From Cyanophora paradoxa CCMP329 (lineage: Eukaryota > Plantae > Glaucophyta), in assembly GCA_004431415.1 (NCBI GenBank), contig QPMI01000496.1, forward strand, positions 496,001 to 560,000: DNA of 64,000 bases. Reading direction: 5' to 3'. Both the position numbers and the translations under genes were made by a program. A model generated the notes under the pieces. That model did not search any database and had not been told where the DNA came from. It saw only the letters and a list, made by a program, of their open reading frames with translations. Of the stretch, positions 23,800 to 37,200 are shown one piece after another; the stretch's first letter is position 1; every line of letters begins with the position of its first letter.

Positions 23800-26699
23800 C
23801 TACGCCTGGGAGAGAAGGCCGGGCGGGGGGCCCTCCGCCGCGAGCGCCGCCACGACCCCCTGGACAAAGCAAATTTAGTTCAAATTTAAAACCGAAGAAG
23901 CAGAAGAAAAAGAAGCCGTCTTCAGGCGGACCATGTTGGGGGCGGCGACGGCGCGGTGGGCCTTGACGTGCGCCAGGGCCGCCTCGGGGGCCAGGCCCTG
24001 CGCCCAGCAGAGGTGCAGCACGACCACCGCCGGCGCCCTGCGCGAGGACGCTCAGCGGAGGGCGGGGGGCGGGTGGGCGGGGCGGGCTCGCCGGCCCATG
24101 CCGGCGGTGCAGTGCACGTAGACGCTCTTGCCGGCCGAGACCTGCTCGAAGGGGCGCGCGCGTAACTTAGTAAGAAGCAGAGCAAAGCGAACCAAAGCGA
24201 AGCGAAGCGAGGCAGAGCGGGGCGGGGCGGACCCAGGCGTGTGCGGTGTGGACGGCCTCGGGCAGCCGCTCCCGCAGCGATTCCCCGTCGAAGTCCCTGC
24301 CGGAGGGCGGGAGGGCGGGGCGGGGCGGATCAGAGCCGGCCGGCGGGCGGGGCTCAGGGCTCTCTACCGGGCCCGGCCGCTCGGGGCGGGCGGGGCGGGG
24401 CGGGCGGGGCGGGCCGCCGGGCGGACCGGATGGGGTGCCTGCGGACGGCGATGCCGGCCCGCGCGTACAGCTCCTCCATCTTCCCCCAGTTCACCTGCCC
24501 CGGGGGGGGGCTCAGGGGGAGGGGGGAAAGGAGAGGGGGGTACGCGCGCGCCATGCGGTGCGCGTGGTCCTCGTCCGTCTGAACGTTCAGCACCGCTGCG
24601 CGGGGGGGGGGGGGGGGGGGGTAATGAGATAGGAGAGGAAGGAGGAATAAAGGGGGTACGACGCACCGTCGACGCCGCCCTCCTTCATCGCGGTGACGTC
24701 ATCCTCGCACTGGCGCCAAGAGGGGGGGGGGGGGGGTGAGGGCCGGCGGGGGGCGAGGCTCTGGGAGGGGGCGGAGGGGCTCGCCTGGGGGTACGGCCCA
24801 ATAAAGAAACCCGCGAAGCCCGGCGCCACGCTCGGCACCGCGTGGAACTGCATCCCTGCGGATTCGAAGCGTGGGCCGCCGCGGCCGGGCACGCCTGGCG
24901 CGGAAGGAGGGGGCGGGGTACCCGCGACGAAGTTCACGTCTGAAGGGGGCGGAGAAGGTCAAACGGGTACAGGTGAAAGAAAGGCAGCAGGGTGTACCGT
25001 GAATGTCAAGACCGCCGGCGGCGCGGCCCTCGGCGAGGCGAGCCTCGTCGATCTCGCAGCGCCGGTTCGGCTCTGGCGGGGTACAGTTCAACGATCGGGA
25101 AGATCAAATTAGAAAGAGGACCGGGGGGGGGGGGGGGGGGGGGGGGGCGCACCCCTCTCCCAGATCGCCGATCCTGAGGCCTGCGGGGGCGCGGCAGCGC
25201 CGGCGTCGTAAGCCATACGGGGGCAAAGTGGGGGTGCGCCCGTACCGAGTCCATGGCGACGTATCGATACGCGAAGTACCCGGGGACCTGGGGAACGTTC
25301 GTATTCTAGACGTAAATGTGGGCGGCCTCGAACCTTCAGCCTCGTGAGGACGGCGTCGATCTCCCAGCAGCGGCCCTTGGCCCCCGTCTGGAGGGTACGC
25401 TCCTCCTTCCCCATCTGCATCCGCTGCGGCCCGAACCGCGCCCACCTTTTCCCCCGATAAGGGGCGGCGGAAGGGCCGGAGGGCGGCGGGCCAGGGGTAC
25501 GCACGCCCCGAGCTCGGGGGGGTCCCCAGTGATCGCGAGGTACTTGCCCTGAGGGGATACGGCGTTGGGATGGGGCAGGGGAGAAGCGGCGCGGGGGTGC
25601 AGCGCCGCGGGGGTACGGACCTCCGGAAGAGGGTAGTAGATCGAGAAGACGGCGCGAACCGACTCCCACACAGCGCGAACCTCCTCCTCCGCCCCGGGCC
25701 CCGGGGCAATCTGCAGGGGGGGTACCCTGTTAACCGAGGGGGGGGCAGAGAAGGCAGCGGGAGATTAGCGTACCCTGCGGTTGGAGCCGGCCTCCCACGT
25801 AGGCTTGCCGTCGGGCCCCACGGTGACGAACTTGAAATTGACCTCGCCGGGCTCGATGCAGGCCGCCGCCGAGTACGTCTCCCCGTCCTCCCCGCGCCGC
25901 ATCCGCTGCGCAGGATCGATCGAATCTCAAATCTCTCATCTGAGGGCTAGGCCCGGGGCGGGGCGGGCTCGCCAGGCCCTTGGCGGGGTCCCAAGCGCCC
26001 AGCTCCGGGGCGCTCCCAACCACGAGCGTCTCCTCGCCCGCCGTCGCCCCGCGGAACACAAGCACGAAACGCGCGAGCGCCGCCGCCGGCTGCCGCGGCG
26101 TCAGCGAGCGGCGGCCGCGCCGGCGCCTTAGGGTCGGGCGGGAAGCAGCGTCGGGGGCGCGCGCACGGCGCCGGGGGGGCGGAGCATGAGGTCGCGGGCG
26201 GGCAGAGCGGCGGAGAGCTCGGTGGCGCCCTCGGCGGCCACGCTCGCCGTCCGGTTCATGCACTGCTCCCACACGACCTCGCCGCCCGCGTGGATCGCCA
26301 CCACCTGCCGGCCGCGGGCTCAGCGCGCGCCCCGGGAGGCAGCCCAGCGCGGGCGAACGCGCGCACCTTGTACTCCACGGTGCCTGAATGCGCGCGCGGG
26401 CGGCGTATACGTGAGCGGGCGAGAGGATGAAGGGCCGGTAGGCCCGGGCGGGAGCACGAACCGGCGGGATGCCCGGCGACTTCTCCGATCCACGAGCCAT
26501 CCGGCTGCGCCGCAAGCTCCTGAGGCAACACGATCAACGGGTCGCTCTCGTACGATAGGCCGCTCGCGCTTGGGGAGCCGCGCACCGGCGCAGCGCTTGG
26601 AGCCCACGATCCTAGCGCGGGGGAAGATCCCACGATGCGAACATCGACCGGACGCGCCGGCACGGCTAGTCCCTCGCAGGAGACGCGGATCTTCAGCAT
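23800..26699 (-). CDS. Glucan phosphatase-like protein: three CBM20-like starch-binding modules + dual-specificity phosphatase
   Basis: Three CBM20 cores (IVGSSPALGSW..VEYK..VWEQCMNR; VVGSAPELGAWD..FKFV..WEAGSNR; ITGDPPELGAW..IWE/REPNR); DSP motifs FIGPYPQ, AVLNVQTDED, DFD, VYVHCTAGMGRAPAVV, PNM. Confidence 0.88.
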
Positions 26700-27035
26700 G
26701 GGCCCTCGCGCTCCCGCTCGTCCGGGCTCGCCGACGCGAAGCTCGCTGTGCGCGTTCGCGGCCGGTTCCGGTCAACCTGGGCTAGCCTGCGGTCGCGTAT
26801 GCAACGATGCCGCCGCTAGCTAAGCCGAGCGCCCGCGCGGCAGTACCCCCGGCGCAGGCGGACCCGGGCGGGGCAAGCGATTCGAGTTTTCCATCAGCGC
26901 TTGTGGTCTAGGGGTAGAATACTTCGTTGCCATCGAAGAGACCCGGGTTCGAGTCCCGGCAGGCGCACTTTTGCCCCCTCGAGCCCCGCCGGGTCCCGTT
27001 CCCCCCGGCGCTTGTTTTCGCTTCCTCGGGGGTCG
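26672..27035. repeat. Right arm of the inverted duplication (partner 17560-17924)
   Basis: Reverse complement of the left arm; includes the start codon of the CBM20 phosphatase gene. Confidence 0.95.
26897..26967 (+). tRNA. tRNA-Gly(GCC), identical to the copy at 17629-17699
   Basis: Same 71-nt sequence followed by TTTT. Confidence 0.96.
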
Positions 27036-28205
27036 GCTGCGCGCCGCGATCGCGCGCTGCGCTCTCGGAGTGCGTCCGCTCGCTCGGCCTAGTATAGCTA
27101 TACGCCGCGCAGCGTTTATCAGGACGCCGTCAGCTCGCGATCGAGCCCGCTCGCCGCCTCGAGCCCGCGTGATCGCGGGGCGCAGGTCCACGAGCTACGC
27201 GGCTGTCGCTTACGACTAGGCGCCCGCGCAAGCTCGATTGATCATGACATCGGCCCGGCGGCGCGCCGCCTCGAGCTACGTATACGCGTCGATGTCTTTC
27301 TAGATCTCGCTTACGAGTCTGCCCCCTAGGCCTAGGCCTGGCCCGTCGAGTCGGCGTCGACGTCCTAGCTATAGATCATGATTACGCGAGCAATAAATCT
27401 AGACGCCGCCGGCGCCGCGCGCCCCGCGCGCCGCGCTCCATAAATCACCGTCTGGGGCCGGGCCGGGCAGGGAATGCATATGAATGGCTTATTCAACGCG
27501 CTTCGAGCTCGGCCCGGCGAGGAGGCGAAGGCGAGGGCGCTCGAGCTCACCTGCGAAGCCTGCCGTTTCGTGATGCGCGAGCCCGTGCGCAGCCCGGGAG
27601 TCGAATCCGGCCCGCAGCTGGCTTCCAGTTCTAGATGTGATTAATATTAACATTATCGCTCTCTGCGCTCAGACGCTGCTGGTGTACCGGTGCCCCGGGC
27701 CTGAGCGAGCACGCGCTTTAATTTGCCGGACGTGCGTGGATCCGGAAAAGGCTGGCTCCCGCCGGGCCGTGATCATGAGCTCGAGGTCAAGTGCCCCTTC
27801 TGTGTCGACGGCGATTGCGAAGTCATCGGTGGCATGATCATGAGCGGCCCGATGACGTCGACTACTGTATAGCGCTGTCCGGATATCGATCCGTCGCGGC
27901 GTCGTGGTGGCCAGACCATGTACCACGGCCTGGCATCCCATGACAAAGATTCGCACTATACACGAGATTATATTGTAGTTAACGTTACGATGTGCACGTA
28001 CGCGCATTATCTTATGTTATATGCTTCTAAAGATACTTTTCGAATGCACTACGTATACGTATATATACTTATTTTCTCCAGGTATATATACAGTGATTTA
28101 GGGGGGGGGTAGTGCTCCGTTCAACTAATTATAAACCGTTCAACGGTTGAACAGCAGCGCCAGCGCTACATCAGCTGGTTATTCAGTTATATGAATGAAC
28201 GAATC

Positions 28206-31200
28206 TTAACGCAGGCTGCCGTGTTGCTGCTGCAGCTGCAGCTGCTCCACGATTGACGACAACCGGGCCGGGCCGACGGCCGCGGCCTCATTGCCCCCCG
28301 CTGACGCGATATCGATCTGGCCGCCACCGTCCATGGTCGTCTGCTCAAGACAGGTAAGCTTCAGCTAACGTCGGTGTCAACGCATGCATGTGGCGCAGGA
28401 GCAATTTTAAATGTCAAATTTTAATCGCATGCACATGGCGCCGGCCGGCTGCTCACCGCGACGCTTCCGGGGTTGAGAGAGCCGAGCTTCAGCAGCACTC
28501 GCGTGGCTTGCTGCTTGACGTCTGGCGGCACCCCTTCGGCCGCGGGCCCCTGCCGGAGCACGAAGCGGAGCGCCCGCACGCCACGCAGCCGCCCCTGCGC
28601 CGCGCGTCCCAAGCCGGCCTCTCATGAGCAGTCCGACGGTTGAGGTTCGCGCAAACCGGCTGCTACATCGATATCTAGATGTCGATCTCACTGATCCGGA
28701 GGGTTCGGGGCTCTAGATCTGGCGCACCTCGTTGAGGTGGGACTCGTCCGGGATCTCCTCGAGCGCGTCCAGCGCCCCCTTCAGCCTCCGCACCGCCTGC
28801 ACCCCAACGCGGGTGGCCGGAGCAGAGGCGTCCGTCAGCACAGAATGGAGGGAAGCTGGAGGGCGGCGTGGAGGGCCGGGCCCGGCGCGGGGCGCACGGA
28901 CTCGTCGAGGGCGGCGCCGGCGGCGGCGAGCGCCTCGAGCGCCTCCAGGTCCTCCACGCACGCCGCCAGCCGCCGCCGCTCGCCCTCCTCCTCCGCCCCC
29001 GCCGCCAGCGACACGGCCGCCGCGCGGATCTCCTGGGGCGCGGCGTAAGCACGATGCCGCGATCAGAAGAGTTGCAGGGTTCGACGGCAGTCGTAGAGTT
29101 CGGGATGGCGAATCCGCGCACCTCTACTGGGAGTTGGTGTTTTCGCTCCTCCAAATAATCAGGCCTTGACTCCGCAAAAATCCCTGCGTTCTGAACTCCG
29201 GATTCCCCTGAAGTTGCGTTCCCAGCTGCGGTCAGCGACCCTAGATCTGCCCGCGGAGCACAATCGCAGTGTTCAACGAAACCTTGGGCTACCTTGTTGT
29301 TGGTGGTGTTGTTGTTGTCGTTGGAGCTGCTCCACGATATCGATCGAAGACAACGGGGCAGGCCTAGGGCCGACAGCATGAGCGCCCCCAGGACCCGCGG
29401 CCGCAATCTGGCCGCCACTGTCCGTCGCCGTCGCCTGCTCAAGACAGGTGAAAAACTTTTAGCCACGGTCGCCGTGCAGGCGGTTCGAACTTCGGAATTC
29501 CAGCTCCAAGCCTAGGAACAGATCTGACTTCATACAAAGTGTTACTGCTCACCGCGACGCTTCCGGGGTTGAGAGAGCCGAGCTTCAGCAGCACTCGCGT
29601 GGCTTGCTGCTTGACGTCCGGCGGCACCCCTTCGGCCGCGGGCCCGTGCCTGAGCACGAAGCGGAGCGCCCGCACGCCGCGCAGCCGCCCCTGCGCCGCG
29701 CGTCCCAGCCCGGCCTCTCATGAGCAGTCCGACGGTTGAGGTTCGCGCAAATCGGCTGCTACATTTTCTAGATGCCGATCTCACTGATCCGGAGGGTCCG
29801 GGGCTCTGGCGCACCTCGTTGAGGTGGGACTCGTCCGGGATCTCCTCAAGCGCGTCCAGCGCCCCCTTCAGCCTCCTCACCGCCTGCACATGTGTCCCAA
29901 AACGGGCGGAGCCGACGCGTCCGTCAGCACAGAATGGAGGGAAGCTGGAGGGCGGCGTGGAGGGCTGGGCCCGGCGCGGGGCGCACGGACTCGTCGAGGG
30001 CGGCGCCGGCGGCGGCGAGCGCCTCGAGCGCCTCCAGGTCCTCCACGCACGCCGCCAGCCGCCGCCGCTCGCCCTCCTCCTCCGCCCCCGCCGCCAGCGA
30101 CACGGCCGCCGCGCGGATCTCCTGGCAGCCGGTGACGGCATCCATTGATATAACATGGGACCAGCAAAGGGATGCTCAAGGGCCTAGGCTATTCGCACCT
30201 CCAGAGGGAGCGGAGGGCGATCACTGGCTTCGGTAGCATCGTCGTGCGCGATGAGCGAAGGTTCGCTCGCCACGCGGCCGATGGCTTTGCGGCCGTGTCC
30301 GACTTCGCAGGCGATGAGACGCTCGAGGCGTTTGTCTAGCAGGCCGCCCTCCTCTGTGGGGCTGCGGAGCCGGCCGAGGGTGCCCGGAGGCGGCCGGAGG
30401 ACGTGCCCCGACGCGCGCTCAGGAAGGAACGAAAACGACTTCGATCTATGCTCGGCCCGCCATTTCCGCTGCTGCAATTCATGATCAGCCGCTTCTGCGT
30501 CTGCTTGTGCTTTCTGCTCGAGCTCGCTGGCCATGACGACTTCCCCGTGCTCGGGATCAATTGCAAGAGCACGATCACCGCCCGCCAGGGTACCGGTGCT
30601 TTCGACTTCCTCCTCGAGCTCCGAATTCGAATTCGAATCCTGATTCGAGCTCGGCTTTGCCTTGTGCCGAATCCACGACCGGTACCAGCGGCGCTTGCCC
30701 TCCACCCTGTCGCGGATCGCGTCCAGTATCTTCCGAAGCCGCCTCTCGCGCTGCGGGTCCATGCGCTCGCGGACCAGGTGCGCGGCCCAGAGGCTCTGCA
30801 CCCGAGTTGAGCAACGAAGACAGGACGTATACGTACGGATAACCAAAATATCGAGCGTACCCGGCTTGAAAAGAGGTAGGCGCTGGCGACGCGGCCGCTC
30901 TCTCTCCTCGTTCTGCGCACCGCGAGCCGCTGCAGCCGCCGGCTCTTGGCCATAGCTCCGGTCCAAAGGTCGTCATCCCGCGGCCGGGAGTCCTGTTCAC
31001 CCTCCTGATCGTTTCGTCGACGCTGCGACAGTTTGATTCGAACAAAGTCAGTCGATGTCCGAATGAGCGGCTCAAAAGATTTTTCGCGATCTTCGTTACT
31101 TGTGATTGAGCTCAGCGCGCACCTCAGAGACCTGCGACAGGAGATGTCGAATGCTGAACAGAACGTCCTCGTCGCGTTGCGAGCTCAATTTTAACGAGTC

Positions 31201-34200
31201 GCTGTGATTTTCCTCTTCTGTGAATGTTCCCTGCTTTCGCGCTATGGAGAGCAGGCGGGAAAGATCCCTTTGGAGCGGATTGGCGCTCAGACGCTTTCCT
31301 CGCACTTCAACTTGGACAACCTGCGCGAATACATATGCATGAGATGGCCGGGGTTCGGGTTTTAAGCCGGAGGGGGGCCGGGGGCGAGCGCAAACTGACC
31401 TCCGCCAGATTCCGAACGTAAGCCAGTAGGACGCGGCGATCCTCGATGCCGAGGCGGCGCCACCACGGGTCGATGCGCACGAGCATCTTGGGGTCGACGC
31501 AAGCCAGATTTAGACAGAGCGCGCGTTAAGACAAATCAGCATAAGGAGGTGAAGGGCAATATGGACGGCCACGGCACCTTGGAGTTGATGCGGATCTCGC
31601 CCTGGACGGCCTCGGAGAAGTCGTACAGGGCGCAACCGGGGCTCTCGTGGAACCAGTTGATCACGACGATGCGCAGCATGGAGAGGAAGCACCAGAGGTA
31701 GATCGCAAGGAGCATCGACATCGTCGAGATGATGGACGCATCGTTCAGGCCGCGGTACAGGAAGATCAGCGCCGAGAACGTCTGGAACATCTGCGCCATG
31801 ATGGACGACAGCTCGAGCCGGTTCCCCCGCATCTGACTGTACGGCTGCGGAGATCGAATGGATCACGATCAAAGGCGATAGTCGTGTCAAACATGGATTC
31901 GGTCTCTAGATCTGCGGACCTTATACACGGCCTGGAGAAGTAGCGCGGCGTATAAGAATAGGAAGTCCACGAGGGTCTGGAAAATTGGCCTGGAGTCACG
32001 ATTGCGAGATTAGATCTAGAGGTCTGCGGCAGCATTTCTCTTTATAATGAAGCGGCGGTGCAATATTACAGTTACCGTGAAACGTTGAAGACCGAGTTCG
32101 CTGCAATGCATGCTCGGCGGAAAAGCACGAGGAGGGACCAGTAGGAGTACTTGTGCCGGAAGTTGAGAACCAGGAATCCGTACAGGGCCTTGCTGGCGAA
32201 CAACTTCGACAGAGTCGACTTCGGCTTCTCATAGTCGCATCGAGAGCGGTCTTCGGGGCAAACAAGTGTGCGGGTCGTCATAATGCTTGCATCCCATCCG
32301 TCTTCCTTCATCTCATCCCATATGCTCAATCTCCGATAGCGAACAGCGGAGTAAATTAAGAGCAGTGGCACAACTGCGAGCTGCGGCGCGCAAGAACATC
32401 GACAACGTTAACATAAGATACAGCGGAATTAGCCTAGTAGGTAAAAACAAAGATCGAACTCGAAAGGTAGCGCACGTAAATCGTGGCCGCCGCGAGGGCG
32501 CCTGAGCGCAGCGTGGCGTAGTGGCCGTACTCGAGCGTACACTCGATGCTGGGCTCAGCGTACATAAACTGGCGGCCCGCCGCAGTCCTGCGTGAACTTG
32601 TACGTGAGAAGGCGTGCCGCCGTTCGTTCATGATCATCAGGGTCGCTCACTCAAAACACATGAAAGGTGAAAGAGTCATCTGCACAAGAAAGTAGAAGCT
32701 CAAACCTGCGCAAAGCTCGGCCCCCAAAAGGCTCGGGCTGCAAGCATGCGCGTGCGCGCGCACTGTAGAAGATAAGTGCCGACTGCACGACGATGAGAGC
32801 GTGCAGCGTCCAGAACCGCCTGCTGTTTCTCCACGCGATTGCGTACCACCACAAGCGGCGAACTCGCTTGAACCAGGTACCGAAGAAACGAGTAAGACAG
32901 TTGCCCTTTCGCGTCGAGAAGATGTCGTGTCGACGTTCGACGAGTTTGTACTTGCCGCAACCGCTCGCTTCTGCACTTCCCCTTTTACTCGCATAATCAG
33001 AGCCAGAGTCGCCGTTATCCGCCACGCCGGATTTGGAGCTGCCCGCTGGATTCGAAGCTGTTGAACCGCCGCACTGAACCCACTCGACCCCGTCTGGGAG
33101 GAGCTTGCTCTGGTCTAGAAGCAGGTTCCCGCATTCGAAGCACGCTCCGCGCCTCCTCCGTAGAAATGCGGCGATCGGAGTCCAGATAAGGAGCAGCAGC
33201 GACAGCGCGATCCCAGCGAGAAGGATGCCCGCAGGCGCGATGAGGATTAGCTTCCATTGCAATACGAATGCTTCGGTGCTGCCGCCAGTTCCGCCCTCCA
33301 ACGGCAATGCTGCGTGCGAAAGATAGAGCCAGATCTAGAAATGAGCTTCAAGCGACAAACTTATATACGTTGCCGCGCATACGCACAAGAGCATTCAGGC
33401 CTGGCGGTCTGCAAATTGATGTTCGTGATGGACAGCCACGTCACGAGTAGCTTGATGATGTCTGGCCAGTTCAACCGCTTCTGTCCGATGATACTGAACG
33501 CTGCGGGCGGCATAGAAATTCGTCAGGATCGGGGTGGCTTGTTGTGCCTTGAGAGCGACAGACCCTGGAGAAGCTGTATGAAGACGCTGATCATTTCGTA
33601 TGTGTCCACCATTTTGCTTGTCTGCATATTCGAAGAAATGAGCAGAGCCAAAACCTTCGCGATCGAATCATGAGCCGCTTTCGCACCCGCGAGAAGACGT
33701 AGGCGGAAAACAAACAGTAAATCCATACACCCGTGAAACCTAAAGCGATTAATGTGGAAAAGTACGGATCATTCCCCGAACATTCTGCGCCCCGCACGCG
33801 GACAAGTCAGATTGTGAAGTTCATTATGCCCGCTATCCTTATCCCCGCGGCGATTGCAACGCACGCTCGCACTGTCCGTTGATTCGGAAGAACCCCTTTG
33901 CGCACTGGCTGCATCGCAGGCCTCTGCGAATGCGAGTTGTCTTCTGGTTAGGTGTTCGGAGATTAAAGTAATGAAGTATAAAGCCAAGCATTGAAATTGC
34001 GCACGTGTATCCTCTTGAGCAAGTCTCAACCCCTCCAGGACAGGCCTCGGGCGGACTGCACTCCTGGGCGACCGTCGGGTTGGCGCTGTTTTGGGTTTAT
34101 TTTCCGACAGTCAGTCCGACAGGGATATTTCCGACATCTGTATATAAAGCGATGCCGAAGCAGGCCTAGGGATGTCAGGCGCACGTGCTACTCCACCACC

Positions 34201-37200
34201 CGGGAAGCGCGCGAGGGAAGGTCGTGTTCATCGAGGAACAGTCGATGCCCTTTTTGCACGGCGCGCACTGCCCGAACTCTGAGAACGCCTCTCCCCAGTA
34301 GCCTGCCCCGGACCGTCGGACTGTCCTTAGTGCGGGCTCGAACGCAGTTGCAATCACGAAGCAACTGACCGGAGGAGCACACGCATTGAGCTATCGAGGC
34401 CGCCCCCAGCAGCGCTGTCGTGGAGCCGTTTATGCACTTGTTACATCGCGTCTGATTCGTGAGCGGTTGGTACTCCCCGATCGGGCACAGGCTACATCTG
34501 GCGTCCTGCCCCGAAAGGGACACCGTCCCCGCAGCACACGGCCGACAGGAATCTAATAAATGCAAGCGCAAAGTTAATATAATAGTCCTGGTAACCGGTC
34601 ACTGCCACCAAACAACGTGCCTCTGTACGTGGATTGATATGACCCCGGAGGACAGGCTGAGTGCGATTGCAGTGTCGGATTTCGCAAGCGAGCGCTTATT
34701 GTTAGTATAAAGCTTTGCTACTCGCACCTGTGTAGAGCAGCGAGAACGTGGCGGAGTAAGGGCTCGCAAATGGAGCGCTAGCGATCGACGCGTCCCCGTC
34801 ATAGGTCACAGTCAAATTGCCAGTTCCGGGAGGATGGCCGTCCCTGTAAGTTCTGCTCGCACCCGCGAGCGTTCTCTCATTGTGATTTCAGTACGCATTC
34901 GATTGTGAGCACCTGCATATAATCCGTGTGCTCGACTCAAAATCAGAGATCACTTTATAAAAGACTCCTTCGGGGCTCGAGAAGAAGCACGGCATGCCGC
35001 GGACGAAGCGCTCTCCAGAGATGGTCACAGCTTGCCCTCCGATGGTGGAAAGTTCGAGTGGGATTGCAGCAGTAACCACGAACGGCTCTGGAAGAATGCA
35101 CATGTATTAGATTCACGAATTTAGAACACGTCGCAATCGATTCGAGCTTCAATTTGCAAACAGCGAATCGAGAAGAAAGAGAGCGCATGCGCACCGACCA
35201 CAACCAGCACGGTTGAAGAATTCGAGTATACAGAATTCGAGGCGGATACGAGGACTCTGTACGTTCCTGGATTCGACCACTGGTATGACAGAGCGTTCAA
35301 TGCCTCTTCGCCTTGGTACATGCTTGGCTTCTGCGATGCCGGGTCCGGATCGAGGATCTGAACGGAGAACCTGAGGGATCCTCCGCCGGAGGCAGCCGGC
35401 TTGAAGCGCAGCGCGTCCCGAAAGGCGACGACGGCGGACAGCGCCGGCGCCGTGGAGTTCACTTCGTCGAGCACGGTCATGCCGAGGCCGGCGATGAGCG
35501 GCTCGACGCGAACCGCCTGGCTCGCGCTCTGCGAGCTCAGATCGTTCCGCACAGTGACGACGACGACGACATCGCCAGGCGTGGCGAACTGGTGTGAGTG
35601 CCGAAGTCCGCTGGTGGTGACGTTCGCCTCGTCGCCAAAACGCCACTCGACGGACAAGGATGAGCCCCTCTCTACGAAAGCCACTGCTTCGAGGGCGCTG
35701 GCGATGCCGATCTTCGCTGGAATCTGCAGCTGAAGTCCTGCGATGGGCACCTGCGAGTCCGCATGCAGCGCGCTCTGCAGCGCAACCGCAGTCCCGCCCG
35801 CTTGGGCCGTAAGGGCGAGTCGAAAACGGCCTGCTGGCGGAGCTGTGAACGCGAATGTGAAGAAGTCGGCGAAACCGGCGGGCGAAAGAGCCAGCAAAGG
35901 TGGCGGCTGCTGCTGCAGCGCTCGTCGGGATTCCGACGCCACTAACGTCAGTGCGAAGTACGAAGAGTGCGCGTGAATGGCTCGGCCTCCCCTCCTGGGC
36001 TCCAGAGTGCAAGAAACTTCAGTCTGCGCCTCGAATGCGGTCCGATTGCCGCAAACAGTTGTAGATTCGTCGGGCTCATCTGACAACAAAAAGTCAGATC
36101 TCTTACATGCATGGTGACGGCGCGACAGCGATGAGCGCATGCCGCAGCGCGTGCTCACCAACAATGACGGCATGGTACTCTACGCGCGCGAAGCTCGAGG
36201 CGGACGAGTCGAGAGGATCTCCCAGGCGCACGGGGAGCGCCAGAACGAGGTCGCCGGTCCCAAGGCCGGTGGCCAGCGTGAAGGTGTGCAAGTCTCGGGG
36301 GAATCCGTCGGCCGGGGCGGCCCACGATTCCACGCGGGCTCCGACAGATCCGTTGCCTGCAAGCGTGATGTCTCCAAAGGACTGGAACAGCGCGAAAATT
36401 CCTCCTCCGTCCCTGACATTCTCTTAGGATTGCTGGGCATTGCGCAATTGGAGCTATTTGGCGTGCACCTGCGAGGAATAATGGAGCACAATATGCTTTT
36501 CCTTGCCCGCAACAAGCGACTGCCGTCTAGCATCGAGTCATTGCAAACAATCGTGGTGCTGTTGTCAGGAGCATCTGCACATCGGCGCGTTAGTGTTGCG
36601 ATGCCCCGCGGAAGAAATTGGATCTATGAAACGACGTACCGAAAACCTGAAGCGCGCAGGTGTCGAACGCTTGCGGTTCAACGCCTGCCGAGAATGATCT
36701 CAAGCTTGCAGGGCCTGTCAGCAGGTCCGCTGTCGGCAAGGAGAGCGCGATCGTCTGCGACGGATAGGGGCGATCGTCCCGCAGGAAGACTCCCGGAGAG
36801 CGGCCGCCTCGCGCGCCGAAGTCGACGCTGAGGTTCCCGACGGTCGAGGAGCCGGCAGCGGGCACGGCGACTCTGCCAAACGCCCAAGGCACCGTGTCCA
36901 CGGCCAGCCCCGCGCGCAGCGCCCGGTAATCGACGTCAATGGTCGAGGTCGGGCTGCGAAACACGAGAGGCGCCGGGCAGATGGCCTCGCTGGTGCTGTC
37001 TGGAAGTTCATAAACTGTGAATGCGCTTTCCAGGGTCGCAAAAAGGCCCGCAGGCTTGCGTGCGACTCTTAGCGTGCCCGAGCCGGAAGTATTTGCCAGG
37101 ATTTGAATTGCAAAAGAATTTCCTGTGGCTGTAGATTGCGGCTGGTCCAAGACCTGAAGTTTGTCCGTCAGCTGCAGCAATTTAATGTGCGCTGGAATAA

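Noticed and set aside
28110-28150. TAGTGCTCCGTTCAAC...CCGTTCAACGGTTGAAC, a possible transposon end
   Set aside because: Short and unpaired; cannot be supported as an element.
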